From contig JAOZQY010000003.1 in the NCBI GenBank assembly GCA_029931975.1, positions 67,420 to 131,419 of the forward strand: a stretch of DNA of 64,000 nucleotides, written 5' to 3'. The notes under the pieces were generated by a model. It worked only from the letters and a program-made list of their open reading frames with translations. It was not told the DNA's origin and did not search any database. The DNA comes from Bacteroidales bacterium. Its GTDB lineage: Bacteria; Bacteroidota; Bacteroidia; Bacteroidales; GCA-2748055. The translations under genes and the position numbers were made by a program. Shown here one piece after another: positions 45,693 to 56,769 of the stretch; positions within the stretch are counted from its first letter, which is position 1; each line of letters begins with the position of its first letter.

Positions 45693-48605
45693 TTAATTCA
45701 GCAGATAGCTCAGGGTAATGGAGAAAGTTCTACCCATCTTGAACTTCCTGAAATACCCGCTTGAAGAAGCAAAAGAGTAAGTCTGTTCGAAATATGGGTT
45801 CAGGAGATTATCGGCCGAAAATTTTACGTCGATGCCGTTTTTAAACTGTTTACAGATATTGAAGTCAAGCATGGGAAATGGCTGTTCATATACATCTGGT
45901 GTTGCGGCCTTATTTACAAGAACCAGCTTCTCTCCGGAAACATTGTATCCCAGGTTCACATCCCATCCTCTTTCAAAACTATGATAATTCAGATAGGTAT
46001 TAATCACATAAGGCGACTGACCAAACATGGGTCTGGTTTCAGACCAGTCAGGATCCACCAGTCTTGCCGAGGCAAGCCTGGTGGAATCCTCATTAACAAG
46101 CGACTTAACCAGGGTCACATTAGCACCAAAGGAGAAATTCCTGAGGGCCTGCACAAAATCAAGTCTCTTGCGCAGTTCAAATTCAAGTCCGTAAAGGTTC
46201 GAATTATCGATGTTTTCATAATGAATCTCCGGATTGGCAGCCTGTTCCTTGTCCCTGAGTTCAATTGGATTTTCAAAATGCTTATAAAACGCACTGAAAG
46301 ATAGAATCTCACCAGGGCGGACAAACCATTCCCACCTCAGGTCCACATTGTCAACACTGGTTTTTTCCAGATCCGGATTACCGATTTTTCTCAAACCCGC
46401 TTTGTGATCATAGGAAGCGTAGGGAGCAAGTTCCCTGAAGACAGGCCTGGCTACAGTCTTGTTATATCCGAGCCTGACATTCATATCTCCTGTAACACCG
46501 TAAACCAGGTTTACTGAAGGAAGAATATCCCCTTCATTGAACCCACCCTTATCATAATCATCCACTTTGGTAGGATATTCAATCGTATCAACCTTGTTCT
46601 CAACGAAAATATCTGAATGCTCGTATCGTGCACCTGCCATAATTCTCAACTTCTCGGTCACAGAAAGATCCATCATCGCGTAAGCTGCAGCTACAGTTTC
46701 TGTTCCCTTATAACTATTCTTTTCATCGGTAAGTAGTGAGTTTTCATAATATACTATCTGCCAGTTGTCAGGCCAGATCATATTTTCGTCCTGCAGGAAA
46801 TCTGCTGCGGTACCATCAAAATCAATGGCCCCCTGACGCTTTACGGTAAACATATTCTGTTTTGAATCACGTATCTTATCAATGTACGAGCCTCCGAATT
46901 TTATCTTCCCGTTCCGCTCACCCATTTTAAAGGGCTGCGTATAATTCAGTTTCAGATCCAGATTGGTTTCATACATTTCCCGGTAGAATCTGGCTGGTAA
47001 GTTGTTCAGCCTGACCTCATGTTTGATATACTCCCCTGCGGTTTCATCAGCATCATAATCCATAAAGAAAAACCGCAGGTCAGGTTCATCCTGTGAGGAA
47101 CAGGTATAGGATGCCAGCCAGTCAATGGTCGCATTTCCAACCCCTGGCATCACATGCTTACCCCTTCCCTGCACAGCAGTGATGGAGCGCTCCAGCCAAG
47201 CTAACTTTTGTTCAATAATGTCTTCGGCATCAGGATCGGCAGCTACCCCAATATTGTACCTGGAACTCTTCACTCCGCTCTGAATCCTCATCAAGGTCAT
47301 ACCAATTTTTTGGTTATTATTTAACTTGTAGGATATATTGGCCAGTCCCGACCAGACCACATTCTCAGTACCAAGATTATCCTCAACTAACCTTTTTGCT
47401 GCCGGAAGATCGGGTGTGGTTACCGTATATTTCTCATCTCTTCCACCAGTGTACATGTCATACTCTCTGGAATAGTTGGCTGAAAAGTTAAAGCCCAGGT
47501 CCCGACCGAAGAGTGAAACCCGGTTGCCAATTGAAGAAGAGTAGGACTGATCAAGAAATGAGCTGCTATATGTATAGTCCATTAATTTATTGAAACCCCT
47601 GCTGATCTCCCCTAGTTTCTCATCTTCACTCGTATATATAAAAGGCAGCTGACCATTTTCAGTGAGATTCATAACCTGGTGAGGAATAGCTCTGGTTCCG
47701 TCATCAATACCCAGATAATCTGTTGATCCACCATCATAGGACAGGAAATCGTCCCGTAGATTCGACTGTGAATTATAGCCCAGTCCGGCCGAAAATTGAA
47801 GGGTAAATTGCTCAGGGAAATCCTTTGTAACAATATTCACCAATCCACCGGTGGCATTCCCGGGAAGATCCGGGGAAAAAGTCTTGAATAGCATCAAATT
47901 TTCAATCACACTGGAGGGAAAAAGGTCCATCTGAACCGTATTCTTTTCAGGATCAAGACCAGGAATCTGTGCCCCGTTTAAAGTGGTGGTGCTGTAACGG
48001 TCACTCAAACCACGCACATATACATATTTTCCACCTTCCACGGAAACCCCGGTCACCCGCTTCAGAGCTGTAGCCGCATTACTATCACCCATCCTGGAAA
48101 TTTGCTGTGATGAAATTCCATCAAGTATGGAAGGCATTTTCTTTTTCATCACCAGTACCGCTGCTTCGGTCTGTTCCCGTTTCCTTGCGGTTATTATCAC
48201 TTCCTGAAGGGACTGGGAGGATAGATTTAGGTTGGCATTCAGTATCACCACTGCACCCGGCTGCACATTAACGGTCTCAAAAACCTGTGTCTCATAGGAA
48301 ACATAGGAGGCAGTCACACTTACACTTCCCGAAGCTACATCTTTGAGTGTAAAATCACCATCAAAATCAGTGATGGTTCCGGTAGTGGTTCCGGTAAGAA
48401 ACACATTGGCCCCTATGAGGCCTTCCCCGGTGGTGGCATCCAGAATTTTGCCACGAATGGTTCCTGTTGCACTTAAAGGGGCTTCAACTCCATCGGGTGG
48501 ATTATCTGATCCACCGTAAGCCATCAGGTTTGTTTGAAGTGTAGGCTGAGCAATCAGGCCTGCCATACAAACGAATATCATTACAATTGTTGTTACTTGT
48601 CTCAT
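45693..48605 (-). CDS. TonB-dependent receptor
   Basis: CarboxypepD_reg-like domain; plug ALKRVTGVS..YVYVRGLSDRY..QMDLFP; barrel with RPVFRELAP and GNPDL; C-terminal GRTFSITLSY. Confidence 0.93.
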   Translation of the reverse strand: MRQVTTIVMIFVCMAGLIAQPTLQTNLMAYGGSDNPPDGVEAPLSATGTIRGKILDATTGEGLIGANVFLTGTTTGTITDFDGDFTLKDVASGSVSVTASYVSYETQVFETVNVQPGAVVILNANLNLSSQSLQEVIITARKREQTEAAVLVMKKKMPSILDGISSQQISRMGDSNAATALKRVTGVSVEGGKYVYVRGLSDRYSTTTLNGAQIPGLDPEKNTVQMDLFPSSVIENLMLFKTFSPDLPGNATGGLVNIVTKDFPEQFTLQFSAGLGYNSQSNLRDDFLSYDGGSTDYLGIDDGTRAIPHQVMNLTENGQLPFIYTSEDEKLGEISRGFNKLMDYTYSSSFLDQSYSSSIGNRVSLFGRDLGFNFSANYSREYDMYTGGRDEKYTVTTPDLPAAKRLVEDNLGTENVVWSGLANISYKLNNNQKIGMTLMRIQSGVKSSRYNIGVAADPDAEDIIEQKLAWLERSITAVQGRGKHVMPGVGNATIDWLASYTCSSQDEPDLRFFFMDYDADETAGEYIKHEVRLNNLPARFYREMYETNLDLKLNYTQPFKMGERNGKIKFGGSYIDKIRDSKQNMFTVKRQGAIDFDGTAADFLQDENMIWPDNWQIVYYENSLLTDEKNSYKGTETVAAAYAMMDLSVTEKLRIMAGARYEHSDIFVENKVDTIEYPTKVDDYDKGGFNEGDILPSVNLVYGVTGDMNVRLGYNKTVARPVFRELAPYASYDHKAGLRKIGNPDLEKTSVDNVDLRWEWFVRPGEILSFSAFYKHFENPIELRDKEQAANPEIHYENIDNSNLYGLEFELRKRLDFVQALRNFSFGANVTLVKSLVNEDSTRLASARLVDPDWSETRPMFGQSPYVINTYLNYHSFERGWDVNLGYNVSGEKLVLVNKAATPDVYEQPFPMLDFNICKQFKNGIDVKFSADNLLNPYFEQTYSFASSSGYFRKFKMGRTFSITLSYLLN

Positions 48606-48953
48606 TAAAGCTTTGTTTTAAATAGATCTGTCTTTCTCTACCGTAAAGTAAGAGGCCCTGTGTAACATAAACGTATCGCCAATTTTATATAAATGTTAAT
48701 TCTGTGGGCCCTGTTAACCTTTCTTTAAACTGCTTTCTTCACCCTCATCTTTTCATTAAGAAACCTTTATAATTTTGATTTATTGACACTTATAGCATAA
48801 GGACAGCCAAAATACCCTGCTGATACCTCCGACTTCTCATCAGATGAGGATGCCGGTTCATAATACTGACTTAACATTGGGACAACATAAAATTCATTTG
48901 AACATTCCCTCCCCGGAATTGTTTTCTATTGCTGAATAATTATATGATTGAAG

Positions 48954-49457
48954 ATGGCAGATCCCCGGAACAGACAGTATACCAATGGAGACATTACCGT
49001 ATTCTGGATACCCTCAAAATGTATCCATGCCACGACTTGTTTCAGGGAGTTGATTGAAGTTTTCAATCCCGGTAGAAGACCCTGGGTAAATATGGATGGC
49101 GCGCCAAGCCGCCGAATTATGGAGGTAGTAAATAAATGTCCCACCCACGCCCTTGTATGGAAGGATAACAAAGATCTTACAAAGGAGGAACTAAAGGCCC
49201 AGAGGAATGTGCTTCCCACGGAAGAAAATCCAGGGAACCTGAGTTCCCCGAATGAATCAACCAGTATTCGTATAATGAGAGACGGACCCATTGTTGTGGA
49301 AGGCGCCTTCACTATTATCGGGACCAATAATGAAAAATTAAGACCCACCACCCTGAGCTCATTCTGCCGCTGTGGATCATCCCGGAATATGCCTTACTGC
49401 GATGGGACTCACCGAAAAATTGATTTCAGAGACCAAAACCCTGTAAATGGAGAGTGA
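48954..49457 (+). CDS. Divergent 4Fe-4S mono-cluster + CDGSH iron-sulfur domain protein
   Basis: CIHATTC...CPTHAL domain, then CRCGSSRNMPYCDGTH. Confidence 0.88.
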   Translation: MADPRNRQYTNGDITVFWIPSKCIHATTCFRELIEVFNPGRRPWVNMDGAPSRRIMEVVNKCPTHALVWKDNKDLTKEELKAQRNVLPTEENPGNLSSPNESTSIRIMRDGPIVVEGAFTIIGTNNEKLRPTTLSSFCRCGSSRNMPYCDGTHRKIDFRDQNPVNGE

Positions 49458-49638
49458 AAAGACCCAGTTTCAGGTGATAGAGGGAGGCCCCCTAAAAGTA
49501 AGCGGTCCATTCAAGATTTCGGGTCCCGATGGAGCTATTATTTCGAGAGAGGGACCGGTATACCTGTGCCGTTGTGGACACTCTACAGATAAACCCTTTT
49601 GTGACGGATCACACAAGCGAAACGTTTTTTCGGAATAA
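49447..49638 (+). CDS. CDGSH iron-sulfur domain protein
   Basis: LCRCGHSTDKPFCDGSH. Confidence 0.9.
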   Translation: MESEKTQFQVIEGGPLKVSGPFKISGPDGAIISREGPVYLCRCGHSTDKPFCDGSHKRNVFSE

Positions 49639-49668
49639 ATCATCTTCTAATTCTATTACCTTTGTGGC

Positions 49669-50913
49669 ATGTCGGCCATCCAGCTATACAATGAAACAGG
49701 AAACCTCGAAGGAGTCATTCTTCATCCTCCCGGTCCGGAAGTTGAGAATATGACTCCGAAAAATGCGGAGCGTGCCCTCTACAGCGACATTCTAAATCTT
49801 GCAGTAGCACGACGTGAGTACAACCAGCTGGAATGTTTACTCCAGCAACTGGCCCCCACCTTCAGGGTCATGGACCTGTTGAAGGATATTCTGCGATCAA
49901 GCGAGATACGTGAAAAAATCGTCAAAAAAGCATGCTACCAGGAGGGCCAGCCCAGACTGATCGACCGACTCCTGGGCCTGAATGAATCCATGCTTGCAAA
50001 ACAGCTTGTACAGGGAGTTCCCATCGAGCGAAATACACTTACCGCTTACCTCAGCAATGAACATTATTCTCTCAGGCCCCTGCATAACTTTTTCTTCACC
50101 AGAGATGCTTCTGTAGCCTTAAGCGACAGGGTACTGATCTCCAGGATGGCAAACCGGGTCAGGGACCGGGAAGCACTTATTATGCAGGCCATCTTTGATT
50201 ACCATCCCCAGTTCAGGGTACAGACCATTCAACCCGACGAGGGTATTTCAAACAGGGATAACATTTCCTTTGAAGGAGGAGACCTGCTGGTTGCTGCCGA
50301 AAATATTACCTTGGTGGGACTGGGAACGCGAACCACCTCACGTGGTATCGATTTCCTGATAAAAATGGCCGCTGGCAGGAAAAAGAAACATCACCTTCTG
50401 ATCCAGGAACTACCCCCATCACCAGAATCATTCATTCACCTCGATATGACCTTTACGCTGCTGGACAATGATTCATGCATGGTCTATGAGCCACTGATTC
50501 TTAAATCCAATAAATACCAGACCATACAAATTGATCTGGATAATGGAAAGGTTGTCTCCATCCGCAATGTGGAAAACCTGGTCAGTGCACTAAAGGATCT
50601 GGGCATGGATCTGAAGCCCTCCTATTGTGGCGGACAAAAGGACACTGTGACCCAGGAGAGAGAACAATGGCACAGCGGGGCCAACTTTCTTGCCATAGGT
50701 CCCGGTAAAATCATTGGATATAACAGGAATGTACATACCCTTGAAAACCTGAATCAATCTGGATATGAGGTTATCCCGGCAAAGGACGTACTAAATGGGA
50801 TAACAGATCTTAACAAGATAGAGAAATATGTGCTGACTGTCGATGGGGCAGAACTATCACGGGGCGGAGGCGGTGTAAGATGTATGACCATGCCCTTTAA
50901 GAGAACAAGATAG
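49669..50913 (+). CDS. arcA: Arginine deiminase
   Basis: NFFFTRD, FEGGD, FIHLD and ELSRGGGGVRCMTMP (catalytic Cys). Confidence 0.88.
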   Translation: MSAIQLYNETGNLEGVILHPPGPEVENMTPKNAERALYSDILNLAVARREYNQLECLLQQLAPTFRVMDLLKDILRSSEIREKIVKKACYQEGQPRLIDRLLGLNESMLAKQLVQGVPIERNTLTAYLSNEHYSLRPLHNFFFTRDASVALSDRVLISRMANRVRDREALIMQAIFDYHPQFRVQTIQPDEGISNRDNISFEGGDLLVAAENITLVGLGTRTTSRGIDFLIKMAAGRKKKHHLLIQELPPSPESFIHLDMTFTLLDNDSCMVYEPLILKSNKYQTIQIDLDNGKVVSIRNVENLVSALKDLGMDLKPSYCGGQKDTVTQEREQWHSGANFLAIGPGKIIGYNRNVHTLENLNQSGYEVIPAKDVLNGITDLNKIEKYVLTVDGAELSRGGGGVRCMTMPFKRTR

Positions 50914-50949
50914 AATTTGTTACTTTTAGACTGATAATACAGAACAAAG

Positions 50950-51684
50950 ATGAGAAAAGAGACGTGGATTCTTATATTACTCATGGTAGTTGGTTCAATG
51001 CAGCTTTTTGCCCAGCAGAACTTTGCCAGCATATCTTTTGGTGCCACCCTCCCCCAGGGTAACTATGGGGCAACGGGCAAGCTCTCAAGCAATGGATATG
51101 CCAGAACAGGCGGTGCCATTAAATTTGATGCAGCCTATTTCCCTGTCTCCTATTTTGGAATCGGGGGATCATTCTCATTTGGCTCCAATTATGCCCAGCG
51201 CGATTCTCTTGTAAAAGACATTGTCTCCTATATTGAGGCGAATACACCCGGGGGGATTGATATTCCTGAAGATGCCGAGATCCTTTATGGTTCCGGATTC
51301 TGGAACTATGTTAATCTCTTTATCGGCCCTCACTTTTCCATCAGGGCTTCCGAGAAACTCTACTTTGACTTCAGGGCGTTGGCCGGACTCAGCGTGATCC
51401 GCCCCCCCGACCAGGAGTTAAAAATTTCCTATGACGGAAACAACATCTATTCCCATACCAGCTACAACAATGTTGCCTTTGGCTTCACTGGCGGAGCAGG
51501 AATCAGGTTTATGCTTAACTCGAATATTGCGCTGAAGCTAAGTGGCGATTTTGTCCAGACAAAAGCCAGGAACACCTATACCTTTGATCTGTTCCAGGGA
51601 GTGGCCGGTGATGTTCCACCCGTCGAGGCAGAATTTTACATCCGGGCCGTGGAAATTACCGCAGGCCTGGCTTATTCCTTTTAA
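50950..51684 (+). CDS. Outer-membrane beta-barrel protein
   Basis: Signal peptide, amphipathic strands and C-terminal AGLAYSF. Confidence 0.75.
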   Translation: MRKETWILILLMVVGSMQLFAQQNFASISFGATLPQGNYGATGKLSSNGYARTGGAIKFDAAYFPVSYFGIGGSFSFGSNYAQRDSLVKDIVSYIEANTPGGIDIPEDAEILYGSGFWNYVNLFIGPHFSIRASEKLYFDFRALAGLSVIRPPDQELKISYDGNNIYSHTSYNNVAFGFTGGAGIRFMLNSNIALKLSGDFVQTKARNTYTFDLFQGVAGDVPPVEAEFYIRAVEITAGLAYSF

Positions 51685-51725
51685 GAACTCCTGCACTGAA
51701 AATATCCGCCTGGTCACATTAACCT

Positions 51726-53021
51726 GTGATGGCCGCGGAGCGCTTCATACAATTTATCTGGAAACACAGGCTCTTCAATGGGAACTCTCTCAGAAGCACC
51801 TGTGACCTGGAAGTGGCGGTATTGAACCCCGGGGAACAAAATACTCATGCAGGTCCCGACTTTTTTAATGCGAGAATCAGGCTTGGAACTTTGGTCTGGG
51901 CTGGAAATGTGGAAGTTCACCGCCTTGCCTCGGACTGGTACAGGCACGGACACCACCTCGATCCTGCATATAACAATGTGATCCTGCATGTTGTAGATGA
52001 GTATGACTCGGATGTATACAACAGCCTGGGACGCCGAATTCATACCCTTATCCCGGATTATCACGAAAATGTACTCAAACGATATGATGTGCTAAAAAGG
52101 AATGAAAGCTGGCTGCCATGCAGCGCATACATCAGCCTTGTTCCCACACGGAAACTGTACTCCTGGCTCAGCATCCTGCAGGAAGAACGCCTTAAACAGA
52201 AATGTCTGCGAATTGAACAGATCCTGTGTGGTTCTGCAAAGAAGAACAGCGAAGAGGTGCTGTACCTGGCCCTTGCTTCAGGTTACGGGCTTCCTGTAAA
52301 CACCCTTCCCTTCGAACAGCTTGCTAAGGCAATCCCCTTCAACAGGCTGATTGAATTGCGCGATGCACTTCCTGATCTGGAAGCCTTACTATTTGGTCAG
52401 TCGGGATTATTGTTTCCGGCAAAAGATATGGGCCCATATCCCTCTGCACTTTGGCAAGGTTTTACTGAACTAAGGGAAGGACTCACAGAGTGGCCTGTTC
52501 CTCCGTACCTCTGGCGATTTCTCAGACTTAGACCACCTTCATTCCCCACCTTGAGAATATCTCAATTCGCATCATGCATTCACCACTGTTTCCCTCTGGC
52601 TGACAGCATTCTTGAAGCAAATTCCATAACTGAGATTGAACAGTTTTTTCGATCATGTGCCAGCGAGTACTGGAACACGCACTATCTCTTCGGGAAAAGC
52701 TCTCCTCCTCTCCCGAAATATCCTGGAGAACAATTTATTGCCACTCTGATGATAAATGTTATCATCCCCTATCTCTCTGCACTTGAGAAAGCTCACAAAA
52801 AAACAAAAGTGGGAATCCGGGCTGCTGAGATCATGAATCAGGTTAAGGCTGAGTCCAATCATATTATTAAAAACTGGGCCAGCTGTGGTTTAAAAGCACA
52901 AAATGCCATGGAGAGTCAGGCATTGTTACAACTTTACAATGTATATTGCAGAAAAAAAAGATGCTTGGATTGCCAAATTGGAGCATATATAATAAAGACT
53001 GCGTTTCGTGAAAAAAGCTAG
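51726..53021 (+). CDS. DUF2851 family protein
   Basis: GPDFFNA, WAGNVEVH, HGHHLDPAYNNVILHVV and RLRPPSFPTLRI; C-terminal CRKKRCLDC. Confidence 0.88.
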   Translation: MMAAERFIQFIWKHRLFNGNSLRSTCDLEVAVLNPGEQNTHAGPDFFNARIRLGTLVWAGNVEVHRLASDWYRHGHHLDPAYNNVILHVVDEYDSDVYNSLGRRIHTLIPDYHENVLKRYDVLKRNESWLPCSAYISLVPTRKLYSWLSILQEERLKQKCLRIEQILCGSAKKNSEEVLYLALASGYGLPVNTLPFEQLAKAIPFNRLIELRDALPDLEALLFGQSGLLFPAKDMGPYPSALWQGFTELREGLTEWPVPPYLWRFLRLRPPSFPTLRISQFASCIHHCFPLADSILEANSITEIEQFFRSCASEYWNTHYLFGKSSPPLPKYPGEQFIATLMINVIIPYLSALEKAHKKTKVGIRAAEIMNQVKAESNHIIKNWASCGLKAQNAMESQALLQLYNVYCRKKRCLDCQIGAYIIKTAFREKS

Positions 53022-54030
53022 CCCCAAACATGCCTACTTTACCCTTGGAGTGCTGCTGAGCGTTATTGTGGTTGGTACAATAGGTTATTCCCTTCTTGGT
53101 TTTACACCCTCTGAAGCCGTGTACCAGACCATCATCACCATTGCCACGGTTGGCTTTGAAGAGGTACATCAACTTGATAACACTGGAATGTGGTTTACCT
53201 CATTTTTGGTGGTGGTTTCCATCGGAATTTTTTTCTATGCCGTTACCTCTTTCACAAGATACATTGTGGAAGGTGTATTTATGAATACATATAAAGACTC
53301 CAAAGTGAAAAGAAAAATCGATAAGATTTCGGACCATGTAGTCATATGTGGTTACGGACGAAACGGAAAGCAGGCGGCCATCGAACTCTCTCAGCACAAG
53401 GTGAAAGTCGTGATTATCGAACAGGACGCAGAGATAATTCAAATGCTTAGGGATACCCCTGGAATGCTCTATGTGGAAGGAGATGCAGCCGATGAGGAAG
53501 TACTTAAGCTGACCCACCTGGAGAATGCCCGGGCTATGATCACTACCCTGCCTCAGGATGCCGATAACCTGTTCGTGGTGCTGAGTGCTAAAGAGCTGAA
53601 TCCCCACATAAAAATCATATCAAGGGCTTCCCTGGACAATTCAGATGTGAAACTGAAACGGGCCGGAGCTACCAATGTGATCATGCCCGATAAGATCGGA
53701 GGACAGCGTATGGCCAAACTGGTGGCTCAGCCAGATGTAGTGGAATTTATCGAGCTAATGTTGCTGCAGAGCATTGATAACATGGTGCTTGAAGAGGTCT
53801 CCTGCCACGATCTTTCATTCTGTTTTGAAGGAAAATCCATTTACGAGCTGGATATCAGGGATACCTCCGGGGCCAATATTATTGGCTTGAAACGGAAAGA
53901 TAAATCTTACCTGATTAATCCGCTCCCTGAAACAAAGCTTACCTCCTCCGACAAGCTGTTTGCACTTGGAACCAGATCACAGATCAAGCAATTAATCAAG
54001 ACCATAACCTCCGATGGCACAGGAGCATAA
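53008..54030 (+). CDS. Potassium channel protein with RCK (TrkA-N/TrkA-C) domains
   Basis: Two TMs with pore loop TIATVGFE; ICGYGRNG Rossmann motif; C-terminal TrkA-C. Confidence 0.9.
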   Translation: MKKASPKHAYFTLGVLLSVIVVGTIGYSLLGFTPSEAVYQTIITIATVGFEEVHQLDNTGMWFTSFLVVVSIGIFFYAVTSFTRYIVEGVFMNTYKDSKVKRKIDKISDHVVICGYGRNGKQAAIELSQHKVKVVIIEQDAEIIQMLRDTPGMLYVEGDAADEEVLKLTHLENARAMITTLPQDADNLFVVLSAKELNPHIKIISRASLDNSDVKLKRAGATNVIMPDKIGGQRMAKLVAQPDVVEFIELMLLQSIDNMVLEEVSCHDLSFCFEGKSIYELDIRDTSGANIIGLKRKDKSYLINPLPETKLTSSDKLFALGTRSQIKQLIKTITSDGTGA

Positions 54031-54067
54031 ACTGCAGGCTGTCTATTGGTATTTCGAAAAAAATAAA

Positions 54068-54075
54068 TACCTTTG
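54068..54075 (+). promoter_or_regulatory. Bacteroidota sigma-A -7 box for rpsO
   Basis: TACCTTTG about 40 nt upstream of the rpsO ATG. Confidence 0.65.
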
Positions 54076-54116
54076 CATCTCGAAAATCGAATCAGATTAA
54101 TAAAGTAAAAAACAGG

Positions 54117-54386
54117 ATGTACTTAACAACGGAGAACAAGAAGGAAATCTTCAAGACGTATGGCAAATCCGAGGCTGATACAGGTTCAGCTGAAGGCCAG
54201 ATTGCAATCTTTACCACAAGAATCAATCACCTTACTCAGCATCTGCTGACAAACAAGAAGGACTACAGCACACAAAGGGCCCTGCTCAAACTCGTAGGTA
54301 AAAGGAGGAAATTGCTTGATTATCTCAAGGAGAAAGATATTGAGAGATATCGCTCTATTATCAAAGCCCTGCAGATCAGAAAATAA
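54117..54386 (+). CDS. rpsO: 30S ribosomal protein S15
   Basis: [25 protein letters not shown]; 89 aa. Confidence 0.98.
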   Translation: MYLTTENKKEIFKTYGKSEADTGSAEGQIAIFTTRINHLTQHLLTNKKDYSTQRALLKLVGKRRKLLDYLKEKDIERYRSIIKALQIRK

Positions 54387-54401
54387 GAAATTTTAACTAC
54401 G

Positions 54402-54432
54402 AAAAAAGGCAATTATCCGATTGCCTTTTTTT
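54402..54432 (+). terminator. Intrinsic terminator between rpsO and pnp
   Basis: AAAAAAGGCAAT-TATCCG-ATTGCCTTTTTTT. Confidence 0.85.
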
Positions 54433-54458
54433 GTATTCATTATGTTTAATCAATAGTT

Positions 54459-56606
54459 ATGTCGAAACCAAAAGTTATTCAAGAAACCATCGATTTAGGT
54501 GATGGTCGCTCAATCAGTATAGAAACAGGCGTACTGGCCAAGCAGGCCGACGGCGCCGTAATGGTTCGCATGGGCGACACCATGATGCTGGCATCTGTTG
54601 TCAGTGCCAAAGAGGCAAAAGAAGATGTGGATTTCATGCCACTCTCTGTAGATTATAAAGAGAAATATGCGGCGGCCGGAAAATTCCCCGGGGGCTTCCT
54701 GAGACGTGAGGCAAGGCCCTCAGATTACGAGATTCTGATAGCACGACTGGTGGACAGGGCACTGCGCCCCTTGTTCCCGGACGATTATCATTCTGATACA
54801 TTTGTAAATGTGACCCTCATGTCTGCTGAAATAGATACGCCTCCCGATGCACTGGCCGGACTGGCTGCTTCAGCTGCACTAGCTGTGTCTGATGTTCCTT
54901 TCCACGGCCCCATTGCAGAAGCAAGGGTCGCACGGGTTAATGGAGAGTGGGTGGTAAACCCAAGCTTTTCACAATTGGCAGAGGCCGATATCGAGATTCT
55001 CGTGGGTGCTACTTACGATAATATCCTGATGGTTGAAGGAGAGATGAAAGAGGTCTCAGAAGCTGAAATGCTGGAAGCTATTAAATTTGCTCATGAGGTC
55101 ATTAAGCCCATGTGTAAAGCTCAAATGGCCCTGACCAAAAAGACCGGGAAAGAGAAAAAGAGAGAGTACTGCCACGAGCTTAATGATGAAGACTTAAGCA
55201 AACGCGTTTGGAAAGAGACCTATGATGCAGCCTACAAAGTTGCCGCCTCGGCCAATGCTGATAAGCATGCCAGAAGCGAAGCATTCGGAAAGATCAAGGA
55301 AGAGTTCCTGGCCAAACTTGCCGAAGAAGCTGGTGAAGAGGGAGAAGTGAATGAGAAACTGGTGGGCAAGTATTACCACGATGTGGAAAAAGAGGCAGTA
55401 CGCCGGGTAGTTCTTGATGAGGCAGTTCGTCTTGACGGAAGGAAGACCGACGAAATTCGTCCCATCTGGAGCGAAGTGGATTACCTGCCTTCAGCCCATG
55501 GCTCAGCAATATTCACCAGGGGAGAAACACAGTCCATCACTACCGTTACCCTGGGCACCAAGATGGATGCCAAACTCATCGATGATGTACTAAAGAAGGG
55601 CAATGACAAATTTCTGCTCCATTATAATTTTCCAGCCTTCTCTACAGGCGATGCACGCCCTAACAGGGGAACAAGCCGCAGGGAAGTAGGACACGGTAAC
55701 CTGGCACACAGAGCATTAAAGGGAGTTCTCCCTTCAGCAGATGATATGCCTTACACACTCAGGATAGTTTCCGATATTCTGGAATCAAACGGATCATCAT
55801 CCATGGCTACTGTCTGTGCCGGAACACTGGCACTGATGGATGCAGGTGTGCAGATTAAAAAGCCCGTATCCGGGATTGCTATGGGCTTGATAACCGACAA
55901 AGACGGAAAGAAATTTGCAGTTCTTTCTGATATCCTGGGTGACGAAGACCACCTGGGCGATATGGACTTCAAAGTGACAGGAACACGCGATGGAATTACC
56001 GCCACCCAAATGGACATCAAGGTAGAAGGGCTCTCATACGAGATTCTTTCCCAGGCTCTGGAACAAGCCAAGAACGGGCGCCTGCACATCCTTGACGAAA
56101 TGGCCAAGACCATGTCTGCTCCAAATGCTGATTACAAACCTCATACTCCGCGAATCGAAAGAATCGAAATTCCCAAGGATATGATTGGTGCAGTAATCGG
56201 GCCTGGCGGAAAAGTGATCCAGGAGATCCAAAAAGAGACTAACAGTACCATTACCATTGAAGAGATTGATAACGTGGGACTGGTTGATGTATTTGCAGTG
56301 GATAAGGCAGCCATCGATGCAGCTATGAATTGGATCAAAGGGATTGTTGCTGTTCCGGAACCAGGAGAGATCTATAAAGGAAAAGTTAAGACCATCACCC
56401 CCTACGGGGCCTTTGTTGAGATTATGCCAGGTAAAGACGGACTCCTTCATATTTCTGAAATCGAATGGAGAAGGCTGGAGAAAGTTGAAGAGGTATTGAG
56501 CGAGGGAGATGTGATTGAAGTGAAACTTATTGCTGTTGATGAAAAGAATGGCAAACTGAAGCTTTCAAGAAAGGTACTTCTTCCAAAACCTGAAAGAAAT
56601 GACTGA
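54459..56606 (+). CDS. pnp: Polyribonucleotide nucleotidyltransferase
   Basis: Two RNase PH domains ([26 protein letters not shown]), plus KH and S1 domains. Confidence 0.98.
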   Translation: MSKPKVIQETIDLGDGRSISIETGVLAKQADGAVMVRMGDTMMLASVVSAKEAKEDVDFMPLSVDYKEKYAAAGKFPGGFLRREARPSDYEILIARLVDRALRPLFPDDYHSDTFVNVTLMSAEIDTPPDALAGLAASAALAVSDVPFHGPIAEARVARVNGEWVVNPSFSQLAEADIEILVGATYDNILMVEGEMKEVSEAEMLEAIKFAHEVIKPMCKAQMALTKKTGKEKKREYCHELNDEDLSKRVWKETYDAAYKVAASANADKHARSEAFGKIKEEFLAKLAEEAGEEGEVNEKLVGKYYHDVEKEAVRRVVLDEAVRLDGRKTDEIRPIWSEVDYLPSAHGSAIFTRGETQSITTVTLGTKMDAKLIDDVLKKGNDKFLLHYNFPAFSTGDARPNRGTSRREVGHGNLAHRALKGVLPSADDMPYTLRIVSDILESNGSSSMATVCAGTLALMDAGVQIKKPVSGIAMGLITDKDGKKFAVLSDILGDEDHLGDMDFKVTGTRDGITATQMDIKVEGLSYEILSQALEQAKNGRLHILDEMAKTMSAPNADYKPHTPRIERIEIPKDMIGAVIGPGGKVIQEIQKETNSTITIEEIDNVGLVDVFAVDKAAIDAAMNWIKGIVAVPEPGEIYKGKVKTITPYGAFVEIMPGKDGLLHISEIEWRRLEKVEEVLSEGDVIEVKLIAVDEKNGKLKLSRKVLLPKPERND

Positions 56607-56636
56607 GTCTAAGGCTTGTTCAAAATAAAATATAGG

Positions 56637-56666
56637 AGGCTGTATCAAACGATATGGCCTTTTTTT
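56637..56666 (+). terminator. Intrinsic terminator after pnp
   Basis: AGGCTGTATC-AAAC-GATATGGCCT followed by a T run. Confidence 0.75.
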
Positions 56667-56769
56667 ATCAGATATACCTATTCGAAACTGAAGCCAGCCC
56701 CTGGCTGTCTAAAGGTTTTTTCGTTGTATTCTATGTGCAGAATATTTATATTAAGGCAAATTTTAAACC

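Noticed and set aside
48661-48720. TGTTAA/TGTAAC repeats upstream of the TonB receptor as a Pho-box-like array
   Set aside because: The spacing (18 nt) does not fit 11-bp periodic direct repeats.
48810-48870. CTGATGAG on the minus strand (hammerhead core) and ATACCC (TPP-riboswitch-like) in the intergenic region
   Set aside because: No stem II-GAAA for a hammerhead and no CTGAGA or P4/P5 elements for TPP. An Rfam scan would settle it.
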